This document shows, piece after piece, positions 25,862 to 33,612 of a stretch of 64,000 bases of DNA (the stretch's first letter is position 1; each line of letters opens with the position of its first letter). The position numbers were made by a program, and so were the translations under genes. Source of the stretch: an uncultured Candidatus Saccharibacteria bacterium (GTDB lineage Bacteria > Patescibacteriota > Doudnabacteria > UBA920); NCBI GenBank assembly GCA_964483665.1, contig CAZACP010000001.1, positions 70,358-134,357 of the forward strand, written 5' to 3'. Under the pieces are notes generated by a model. It was not told the DNA's origin. It made no database searches and saw only the letters and a list, made by a program, of their open reading frames with translations.

Positions 25862-25990
25862 AGTCTTACCATATAAATCTCTCCAAAACTTGGAGAGATG
25901 TCTCGAGTGAAATCGAGGGATAGAGAGGTTTGTTCTAAAAAACAACCTCTCCCCAACCCTCTCCAAAGCTTGGAGAGGGAGACAATAAGG
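25862..25990. repeat. Cluster of GC-richer palindromes in the rplY upstream region
   Basis: TCTCTCCAAaacTTGGAGAGA and CCCTCTCCAAagcTTGGAGAGGG, also GAGGTTtGTT...AACAACCTC and CTCGA-gtgaaa-TCGAG. Confidence 0.8.
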
Positions 25991-26119
25991 AAATGACTTC
26001 TTTACTCACAAAATCTTAATATGAAGCTTATTATAACAAAAAGCCCTGTTTTTGGCAAGCTTGGATCTAAAACAAAACCCCAAAACCATAGAAGGCTTAA
26101 GGGGTTTTTAAAATAAAGT

Positions 26120-26533
26120 TTAGATAACGTGTTTTTGGGTCAGGGCTGCGACAAAGTCGCCGTTAAACCGCTTTAAGCCCTGGTGGATTTTAATTATTTC
26201 ACCCGAGGCAATAGGTCCGTAGCTTTTAAATTTAAGCGTGTCGCTTTGGGTCAGGTCGGTTATCATGCCGACAGAAAACACATCCGGACCTTTAATGTCA
26301 ACGCTAAAAACTATGGAACTTTTGCATTTTTGGCAGTCAGAATGAATGAGTATGTAGGCTTCGCCGTAAACTTTGTCCTGTTCGCTTTCTATAACCCGGG
26401 TACCGTCTTTTTTGTATTTATTCCCGCAAATCGGGCAACGGAGCATTGTGTTGAGCATTTCCATAACTTTCTGGATGTCCAAATTTTTTCCGCCGAAGTC
26501 AAAACCTTTTTTGCCGGGTGTTGTATTCTTCAT
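26120..26533 (-). CDS. Hypothetical protein with CxxC...CxxC zinc-ribbon-like motif
   Basis: 137 aa; CPICGNK ... CQKCKS. Confidence 0.45.
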   Translation of the reverse strand: MKNTTPGKKGFDFGGKNLDIQKVMEMLNTMLRCPICGNKYKKDGTRVIESEQDKVYGEAYILIHSDCQKCKSSIVFSVDIKGPDVFSVGMITDLTQSDTLKFKSYGPIASGEIIKIHQGLKRFNGDFVAALTQKHVI

Positions 26534-26624
26534 AAGTAATTTTAAAAGCTAATTTAGGATTTACGCACACTGCGTTAGTCCTGTAAAAATCTGTCAGCTA
26601 ATATGCTTTATTGTACCACAAAAT

Positions 26625-27713
26625 TTAAAATCTTAAAACTTTGGACTGAATAGCTATGTTTTGCACTATTCCAAAAGCCATAAATATAACCAAAAGTCCG
26701 CTGCCGCCGGCGCTTAAAAATGGCAAAGGGATTCCGGTAACAGGCAAAAGCCCCATATTCATGGCAATATTTACCAGGGTATGTATGCCGAGCAAAAAGA
26801 AAATTCCCAAACAAATATACATGCCTAAGTCGTCCCTGGCTTTTCTGGCGATTTTTAAAATTCTGGATCCGCAGAAAAAAAATAAAATTAAAATTCCCAT
26901 AGAACCAAAAAAACCGAGCTGTTCTGAGCCGGCGGCAAAAATAAAGTCAGTTTGCCTTTCCGGCAAAAAGCGGTTTTGGCTTTGAAGCCCTTTGCCCAAA
27001 CCTCTCCCCCAGACGCCGCCGCTGCCTATGGCAATGCCGGCTTGCTTGACGTTATAACCCCTTCCTAAAGGGTCGAGTTCCGGGTCTAAAAAAACTTTAA
27101 TTCTGTCTTTTTGAAAATCTTTTAAGCCAAATTGCCAAAATCCTCCGGCAACAACCATAGCGCTTAGAGACAAAATTAAAATTATTTTTTTGTTTATAGG
27201 GCTAAGTAAAATTAATCCGACCCAAATTCCGCCAATCACCAAAGCCGAGCCAAGGTCGGGCTGGCTTAAAACCAAAAGAGCCGGCAACCCGGCAAAAACC
27301 GCTGACCAAAATAGAATTTTCCAGTCGTTAATTTGGCCGCGTTTTATGTATAAAAGCCTTGAGAGGCCTAAAATTACCGCCAATTTTGCGAATTCAGAGG
27401 GCTGCAAAGTACCGAGTCCCAAGTCAAGCCAGCGCCTGCCGCCCCTGACTTCTGAGCCAAGCAAAAGTAAATAAATTAGTAGCAGGATTATTGCCAGGTA
27501 GGCTACCCGATTTTGTTTGCTGATTGAATGGTAGTCAATTAAAGTCAGAAAAATAAAAAAACCCAGGCCAATGCCGGCAAATATTAGCTGCCTATAAAAA
27601 ACTTCAGTGTTGTCTGAAGCGGTTGTGCCGTACAATATTGCCAGGCCGGAAATTTGCAAAAGCAGCATGGCAATAAACAGCGGCCAATCTACATACTTAA
27701 GTTTTGAGAACAC
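26625..27713 (-). CDS. SEDS-family peptidoglycan glycosyltransferase (FtsW/RodA/SpoVE)
   Basis: 362 aa, about 10 TM helices, with conserved SEDS blocks (GSEVRGGRRWLDLG, QPSEFAK, FIFAAGSEQLGFFG). Confidence 0.85.
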   Translation of the reverse strand: MFSKLKYVDWPLFIAMLLLQISGLAILYGTTASDNTEVFYRQLIFAGIGLGFFIFLTLIDYHSISKQNRVAYLAIILLLIYLLLLGSEVRGGRRWLDLGLGTLQPSEFAKLAVILGLSRLLYIKRGQINDWKILFWSAVFAGLPALLVLSQPDLGSALVIGGIWVGLILLSPINKKIILILSLSAMVVAGGFWQFGLKDFQKDRIKVFLDPELDPLGRGYNVKQAGIAIGSGGVWGRGLGKGLQSQNRFLPERQTDFIFAAGSEQLGFFGSMGILILFFFCGSRILKIARKARDDLGMYICLGIFFLLGIHTLVNIAMNMGLLPVTGIPLPFLSAGGSGLLVIFMAFGIVQNIAIQSKVLRF

Positions 27714-27741
27714 GAAAAAAAGTTAAATTATTTGAATTGAA

Positions 27742-28635
27742 TCAGAATCCCCAATTGTTTTCAGTTTCCGGGGTTTGTAAATCCGAAGCATTGTTTTGGT
27801 TTTTTGGCGCCACTAAGTTTTGTGAAGACAGCGTGTTGGTTTCAGCCAAAACTTCTATTTTGGAAGGAGTAATAAACAATCCCGGCCAAAGTTGCTTAAA
27901 TGCCCGCTTTTCCAAAGGTCTTAAGTCATTTTCAGTCCTTTGGCTTACCGCAACAATTTGATTATTTTGGCCGTAAAGCAAAAAAGTTAAGTTAACTTGC
28001 CTGACTAAATAAGGGCTGTTATTTACTACGCTGCTCTCAACTGAGAAAATTAACGGGGAGGTTTGTTGGTTTGAAGTTGCGGGCGACACGGACAGCAGAA
28101 CTGTGGGATTTTTGAACCTTTTTTGCCATTTAACTTCATTGGTTAAATTCAATTCTGTTTTGGCTATGGGTTCGGAACTTAAAATTTTTGGAGCAATTAT
28201 GTACTTTTCGCTTTTTGGTAAAATGTAGAACGAGCCGGAAACTGCTTCGCTATTTTGCGGGGTAATTTTTTGTCCGGAAGCGTTATAGTAAGTCCAGGCG
28301 AATTGAACATTTTCGGCGGAAAGGTCCGGGTTTAAATTACTAATTTTCGCCACTGCCCCATAGGTGCCGTCTGAGTAAGTTAAAACTTTTGGATCGCCTA
28401 TGCTTAAATCTTTAAATTCCGAAAAGCTGGGCTTGGCTTTGGCTTGGTACGGCTTATATTTACTTTCCCAGTATTTATAAGAAATAGCCTTGGAAATAAA
28501 ATAACTCGGAACCAAACCGACAATTAGGGCTACTAAAACCCATTTTAGAACCGGCGGAAACCCGGTTAAGGCCCTTTGAGCGTTAAACTCCGCTTCCTCA
28601 ATTTTTAATTCGAGTTTTTCTTTAAAAAGACTCAT
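27742..28635 (-). CDS. Hypothetical membrane-anchored protein (single N-terminal TM, S/N/Q-rich ectodomain)
   Basis: 297 aa; upstream of, and co-directional with, the SEDS gene. Confidence 0.4.
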   Translation of the reverse strand: MSLFKEKLELKIEEAEFNAQRALTGFPPVLKWVLVALIVGLVPSYFISKAISYKYWESKYKPYQAKAKPSFSEFKDLSIGDPKVLTYSDGTYGAVAKISNLNPDLSAENVQFAWTYYNASGQKITPQNSEAVSGSFYILPKSEKYIIAPKILSSEPIAKTELNLTNEVKWQKRFKNPTVLLSVSPATSNQQTSPLIFSVESSVVNNSPYLVRQVNLTFLLYGQNNQIVAVSQRTENDLRPLEKRAFKQLWPGLFITPSKIEVLAETNTLSSQNLVAPKNQNNASDLQTPETENNWGF

Positions 28636-28696
28636 ATTTTTATGTTGATTTTCTTATTTTAATTATAGCAAAGACCTGTGGATTTTGGTACAATCA

Positions 28697-28790
28697 AAAT
28701 GACAAAAATGAGCAAATTTTAAATAACTGACAAAAATTGATATGCCTATGTAGTACTAATTTTGTCATTTTCGTCGTTTTTGTCATTTTT
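28697..28790. repeat. AATGACAAAA-family repeats in forward (28697-28740) and inverted (28760-28790) orientation in the divergent region upstream of dnaE
   Basis: aaATGACAAAAATGAGCAAA ... aacTGACAAAAatt ... TTTTGTCATTTTCGTCGTTTTTGTCATTTTT. The last is the reverse complement of the 19661-19690 block with one mismatch. Confidence 0.8.
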
Positions 28791-28793
28791 ATT

Positions 28794-31700
28794 ATGAATT
28801 TTACCCATTTACACTGCCATTCGCACTATTCGCTTTTAGACGGTTTGTCGAAAATTGACCCGCTACTTGAACGTGTGCGGGACTTAAAAATGGACAGTTT
28901 GGCTGTTACTGACCACGGCGTTATGTATGGAGCCGTAGAATTTTACTCCAGAGCCAAAGAAATGAGTATAAAGCCGATTATCGGGCTGGAGGCTTATGTC
29001 GCTCCCCGCTCCATGCTCGACAAGGAGGGTAAAATTGACAGCGACTACTTTCATTTGACGCTGCTTTCAAAAAACCATATTGGCTACCAAAATTTAATCA
29101 AACTGACAACCGAGGCGCACTTAAACGGATTCTATTACAAGCCCCGAATCGACTTGCAGATTTTAAAAAAGTATTCAGAAGGTTTAATTTGCCTCTCCGG
29201 CTGCCAAAGGGGCGAAATCGCGCGGGCGGTTATGAACAACGGGACTTTAAAAGCCGAAGAGGTTTTAAAAAAATACCTCGCGATTTTTGATTCCGGGAAT
29301 TTATATATAGAATTGCAGCGAAACGCCCGCGAAAAAAGCCCGGAAGAAACGGAATTAAACGGCCGGCTGCTGGAACTTTCAAAGCGCCACAATTTGCCGA
29401 CTGTGGCCACGGCCGATTGCCATTATATTTACCCCGAAGATTTTGAAGCTCAGGATGTTTTGGTCTGTATTGGAACAGCTAGAACAGTGGGCGATTCAGA
29501 CAGGCTCGATATGCGCAAGTACGACCTTTCTTTAAAATCGCCGGAAAAAATGCACGAAATATTTTACGACTTGCCCGAGGCTGTAGAAAACACCCAAAAA
29601 ATTGCCCAAAGCTGCAATTTAGAAATCAAGCTCGACCAGCGCTACTTCCCTTCCGTAGAAATTCCGGCCGGCAAAACTTCGGGAGAATATTTGCGTGACT
29701 TGGTTTATGAAAAAGCGACGCCGCTTTACGGCAAAAACGGAGAATTGCCGGCGGAAATTAAAGAGCGCATAGATTATGAGCTGAATATTATAGTAAAAAA
29801 AGGTTTTGACACCTATTTTTTAATGGTGGCGGACGTAGTAGAAGGCGCGCGCAACATTGGCGCTATTACCAACACCAGAGGCAGTGCCGCCGGCAGCATT
29901 GTCGGCAGAATTTTGGGCATTACCAATGTAGATCCGCTTTACTACGAACTTCCCTTTGAGCGTTTTTTAACCATGCATAGGCCGACCCCGCCCGATATTG
30001 ATTTAGATATTGCCGACAACCGCAGGGACGAAGCCATTGCCTACATTACCCAAAAATACGGCAGCGAAAAAGTTGCGCAAATTATTACTTTCGGAACTAT
30101 GATGGCCAGAGCCGCGGTTAGAGACGTAGGCAGAGCCTTGGGCGTTTCGTATTCTAAGTGCGACCGCTTGGCTAAAATGATACCCATTGGCAAACAAGGT
30201 TTTCATATGACCATAGACAAAGCTATGGACATAAATAAAGAATTAAAAGAAGCCGTAGACCTGGATCCTGAAACCAGACACATAATTGAAATTGCCAAAA
30301 AGCTGGAAGGCTGCGCTCGCCACGCCAGTGTTCACGCCGCGGGTATTGTTATTACGCCCACTCCCCTCACCGACTATATGCCGCTTCAAAAAGAACCCGA
30401 AGGCGAGCGCATAATTACCCAGTATGATATGTACGCGCTGGATGTTAACGCTAATTCTAAAGCCATTGGCGTAGTAAAACTTGATTTGTTAGGCATACGG
30501 AATTTATCTATTTTAGAAGAAGCAATGCGCCTGGTTAAGCTGCGCCATAACATAGACATAGATATTTACAACCTGCCCCACCCGGACAAAAAAACTTTTA
30601 AGCTTTTGTCTGACGGCTACACTTTTGGCGTTTTTCAATTAGGCTCGGCCGGTATGACCAGATATTTAAAGGAACTTAAGCCCAGCACAATTTTTGACAT
30701 TATGGCCATGATAGCCCTCTACCGCCCGGGGCCTTTGCAATTCATACCCGAATATATTGCGCGTAAACATAACCCCAAACTTATAAAGTATTTTGACCCG
30801 GCTTTTGAGAAAATTTTAAAGCGCACCTACGGCATTTTAGTCTACCAGGACGACCTGTTAACTATAGCGCACGATTTGGCCGGTTATACCTGGGAAGAAG
30901 TCGACAAATTTAGAAAAGCGGTGGGCAAAAAAATTCCCGAAGAAATGGCCAAGCAGAAAATAAAGTTCATTGAAGGCTGTATGAAAACTTCCGGGTGGAG
31001 CCAAAGCAAAGCCGCGGAAATTTGGAACTGGATAGAGCCTTTTGCCGCCTACGGTTTTAACAAAGCCCACTCGGCTTCCTATTCTGCCGTGTCTTACCAG
31101 ACCGCGTATATGAAGGCTAATTTTCCCGTGGAATTTATGGCAGCGGTTATGACCGCGGAAAGCGGAGACGAAGACAAGATTTACGAAGCTGTGGAAGAGT
31201 GTAAAGAGCTGGGCATAACCGTGCTGCCGCCTTCGGTTTCAGAGTCTTTTTCGGACTTTACGGTGGTGGACGAAAAAACTATTCGTTTTGGTTTTAATGC
31301 CATAAAAAATTTAGGCAGCGATGTAATAGAAAGGATAATGGAAGCAAGAGAATTACAGAAAGAGAGAATAAGAGAATTAGGTGAAGATACAAAACTTTAT
31401 CCAAAGTTTAATTCACTGCAAGACTTTCTTCTTAAATGCCATGTTAAAAATTTTAACAAAAAATCTTGGGAAGCTTTGGTTAAGGCCGGGGCTTTGGACG
31501 AGTTTGGCGAACGCGGACAGCTTTTGGCCAATACCGAAGAAGTCTTAGATTTTGTTCGCGAGCATTTTAAGGCTGAACTTTCCGGCCAGTCCTCTTTGTT
31601 TGGCAAAAGCCTGCAGATAGGTAATTTAAAACTCAGAGAAGTTGAACCCGTTACAAAAGAGCAAAAGCTGTTATGGGAAAAAGAACATTTGGGAATGTAT

Positions 31701-32369
31701 GTTTCCGCGCATCCGCTTGACGCGCATAGGCAGGTGCTTTCTAAAATGACTTCCATAAAGTCGGTAAGCGACGAAAGTTTGGGCGGCAATTTAACTTTGG
31801 GCGGCATAATAACCAAACTCAAACGAACCATTACCAAAAAATCTGAACCGATGGCATTTTTTACGCTTCAGGATTTAACCGGCTCTATGGAAGTATTGGT
31901 TTTTCCTAAGGCAATGGAAAAAGCCTTACCGTATTTGGACAATGACAGGCTGGTTTTAGTCTCCGGCAGGTTGTCGTCTTCCACCCGAAAAGACAAGCGT
32001 GTTTCTTCCCCTCCCCCTTTGGGGGAGGGTCAGGGAGAGGGTGCTGCCAAATACGAGGACGAAGAGTTAAAGCTAATAGCCGAAGAAATTAAAGAACTGC
32101 CAACAGACGAAAATTACGACAGCGCATTAAGGGAACTGCAGAAAACTCAAAAATTGGTAATTTTTTTGCAAGAAATGCCTCAAATGGAAGTGTTAAACCA
32201 AATTAAGCAGGTTTTGGAAAGTAATTTGGGGCAAGCCCAGGTGTATTTGTCTGTGGGTATAGGCGCTAAAGCCAAGCTTATAAAAACCCAAACTATGGTA
32301 AAAATTTCTGAGGAGTTAGTTCTTCAATTGAAGGGTATTAGCGAGGTAAGTAAGGTGGATGTGGAGTGA
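28794..32369 (+). CDS. dnaE: DNA polymerase III alpha subunit
   Basis: Start taken at MNFTHLHCHSHYSLLDG (PHP domain). Polymerase core and C-terminal OB region present, about 1190 aa. The ORF-track start at 28737 adds an implausible hydrophobic N-terminal extension. Confidence 0.9.
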   Translation: MNFTHLHCHSHYSLLDGLSKIDPLLERVRDLKMDSLAVTDHGVMYGAVEFYSRAKEMSIKPIIGLEAYVAPRSMLDKEGKIDSDYFHLTLLSKNHIGYQNLIKLTTEAHLNGFYYKPRIDLQILKKYSEGLICLSGCQRGEIARAVMNNGTLKAEEVLKKYLAIFDSGNLYIELQRNAREKSPEETELNGRLLELSKRHNLPTVATADCHYIYPEDFEAQDVLVCIGTARTVGDSDRLDMRKYDLSLKSPEKMHEIFYDLPEAVENTQKIAQSCNLEIKLDQRYFPSVEIPAGKTSGEYLRDLVYEKATPLYGKNGELPAEIKERIDYELNIIVKKGFDTYFLMVADVVEGARNIGAITNTRGSAAGSIVGRILGITNVDPLYYELPFERFLTMHRPTPPDIDLDIADNRRDEAIAYITQKYGSEKVAQIITFGTMMARAAVRDVGRALGVSYSKCDRLAKMIPIGKQGFHMTIDKAMDINKELKEAVDLDPETRHIIEIAKKLEGCARHASVHAAGIVITPTPLTDYMPLQKEPEGERIITQYDMYALDVNANSKAIGVVKLDLLGIRNLSILEEAMRLVKLRHNIDIDIYNLPHPDKKTFKLLSDGYTFGVFQLGSAGMTRYLKELKPSTIFDIMAMIALYRPGPLQFIPEYIARKHNPKLIKYFDPAFEKILKRTYGILVYQDDLLTIAHDLAGYTWEEVDKFRKAVGKKIPEEMAKQKIKFIEGCMKTSGWSQSKAAEIWNWIEPFAAYGFNKAHSASYSAVSYQTAYMKANFPVEFMAAVMTAESGDEDKIYEAVEECKELGITVLPPSVSESFSDFTVVDEKTIRFGFNAIKNLGSDVIERIMEARELQKERIRELGEDTKLYPKFNSLQDFLLKCHVKNFNKKSWEALVKAGALDEFGERGQLLANTEEVLDFVREHFKAELSGQSSLFGKSLQIGNLKLREVEPVTKEQKLLWEKEHLGMYVSAHPLDAHRQVLSKMTSIKSVSDESLGGNLTLGGIITKLKRTITKKSEPMAFFTLQDLTGSMEVLVFPKAMEKALPYLDNDRLVLVSGRLSSSTRKDKRVSSPPPLGEGQGEGAAKYEDEELKLIAEEIKELPTDENYDSALRELQKTQKLVIFLQEMPQMEVLNQIKQVLESNLGQAQVYLSVGIGAKAKLIKTQTMVKISEELVLQLKGISEVSKVDVE

Positions 32370-32370
32370 T

Positions 32371-32411
32371 CACAGATGCACAGATAGGAGAAAGATTACA
32401 CAGATAAAAAA
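32371..32411. repeat. CACAGAT(A) repeat cluster immediately after the dnaE stop
   Basis: tgatCACAGATgCACAGATAggagaaagattaCACAGATAaaaaa. The same heptamer family occurs at 37137-37143 and 57444-57562. Confidence 0.8.
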
Positions 32412-32472
32412 GTGAAGAGCCCACAATCTTAGAAAGATCGCGGGCTCAAAGCTCATCGGCCGCTGGCCGAAG

Positions 32473-32495
32473 ACCGCCGAAAGGCGGGTTTTTTC
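32473..32495 (+). terminator. Intrinsic terminator after dnaE
   Basis: gaCCGCCgaaaGGCGGgtttttt. Confidence 0.7.
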
Positions 32496-33080
32496 TTAGC
32501 AAGCATTAAGCTTGCTGCCCACTGGCTCCCCCGGAACCAGTGCTGGGCGGCGCCGGAGCGCCGTGGGTTGGTAGTTACTGCGACATCATCGCCCGCTCAT
32601 GCGCGGCTCGTCGCTGGCTGTTTTATGGTTTCCTCTGTGGTTTATCCGTTCGGTGGCTCTTGCTTAGCCTTGGACTAAGCTGTCATCGCCCGCCGATCGG
32701 CAGAGGAAGTTGTATTCACCTTTTTGCGGCCGGTTTGTCGCCGGCACAGGCTTTGGGGCAATCGCGAACGGCCCGAAAGCCTTGGCGACTTGGCCGTATT
32801 AGGTGTTCGCGCTATTCAAAATGCCAAGGCATTTTGTTTGCCGGGCGCGCCGCCGGCGCCGGTCAGATGTCCCGGTTCAGAATAAAATTAAGAGGGTTCA
32901 TCGCCGCCGGCATTTGCATTGGGCTAGCCATCTCATTTCTCCTTTCTTCAAAAATTCTCGAACATTGGGCGGCACTCGGTGCCGCCAGAAAATGAATGTT
33001 GGAAGGACGGCGGTTTAGGACTAGTTCGAGGTTTTAAGTCGAAAGCTAGCCCTGGTTCGTGACGCCCATCGTTTGGGGGT
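32496..33080. other. GC-rich (roughly 60% by eye) hairpin-dense segment with no credible ORF; candidate structured ncRNA or decayed foreign gene
   Basis: Many perfect local stems (AGCAAGC/GCTTGCT, CACTGG/CCAGTG, GCGAAC...GTTCGC, AATGCC/GGCATT, CCGGCGCCGG, GGCGGCAC/GTGCCGCC). The only long ORF (151 aa, +) is R/C/W/G-rich, typical of noncoding GC-rich DNA. The minus strand has no ORF of 60 aa or more. Confidence 0.3.
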
Positions 33081-33362
33081 CATAAAATCCTCCAAATTCG
33101 ATTATTGTCTAATATTATACTCCTTTTTATTCATTTTGTCAAGGGTTTTTGGAGAAAAGGTTTTAATTAAGCGGTTTTAAACTGTGGATATAATGGGTTG
33201 TCAAAGTTTATTAATTTTGTTATAGTTTGTTTAGTTCTTCAAACATTGATCCGGACAACCAATTCGGGGAGTTTGGAACAATTAGAAATAAATCTTTTTT
33301 AGTTCTAGAGCCTAAAAAAGATGAAAAGTTATTCTGGGACGGAAACGTCTCGCAAAGCGAGA

Positions 33363-33420
33363 CCCCAGGGATTGGTTGGTCAAATATTGTTTTTGACCGA
33401 CCGCTCCCTGGGGTTTTGTT
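33363..33420 (+). terminator. Long nested hairpin followed by T-tract
   Basis: CCCCAGGGA...(inner GGTCAAA/TTTGACC)...TCCCTGGGG followed by TTTTGTTTT. Confidence 0.5.
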
Positions 33421-33455
33421 TTAATATAATAAAAAAGCGAAACAAGTAAAGTTTC

Positions 33456-33590
33456 GCTGGAGGGCGGGAGGTGGCGCGGCATGCACCAAGTGTATGTTAT
33501 CCGAAAAACAGATAACCAATGGTGAATTGGTGATCGCGCCAGCCCCTTTAATCTTAAAAACCCTCCAGCTCGTTTTGTGTATAATAAATT
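33456..33590 (+). promoter_or_regulatory. Roughly 115-nt three-level nested hairpin (GCTGGAGGG ... CCCTCCAGC) followed by a T-tract, then an extended -10-like tGtGTATAAT about 28 nt before the thrS ATG
   Basis: Outer stem 33456-33464/33561-33569; inner stems GGCGCG/CGCGCC, CACCAA/TTGGTG, GTTATC/GATAAC; TATAAT at 33580-33585. Confidence 0.45.
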
Positions 33591-33612
33591 AAATTTTTAA
33601 TAGTGTAAATAC

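Noticed and set aside
25730-25966. 78-aa minus-strand ORF upstream of rplY
   Set aside because: It overlaps the palindromic hairpin cluster and part of rplY. It has no RBS and a low-complexity product.
28737-28793. N-terminal 19-aa extension of dnaE in the ORF track (MICLCSTNFVIFVVFVIFI)
   Set aside because: It is a hydrophobic junk extension running through the AATGACAAAA repeat region. The conserved PHP domain begins at the internal ATG at 28794.
32540-32995. 151-aa and 71-aa ORFs as protein-coding genes
   Set aside because: The amino-acid composition (R, C, W, G, A rich; no hydrophobic-core periodicity) is what GC-rich noncoding DNA yields. There is no RBS and the region overlaps dense hairpins.
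32496-33080. Identification of the GC-rich region as RNase P RNA, tmRNA, SRP RNA or a group II intron
   Set aside because: I could find none of the universally conserved blocks: the RNase P P4 strands, the tmRNA tRNA-like end or a tag ORF ending in AA-stop, SRP domain IV, or the intron domain V. It is left as unknown.
33430-33612. T-box riboswitch or tRNA-Thr-anticodon-like operator controlling thrS
   Set aside because: There is no AGGGTGGNACCGCG T-box sequence and no specifier-loop architecture. The promoter -10 lies downstream of the hairpins, so they are not in the thrS leader.
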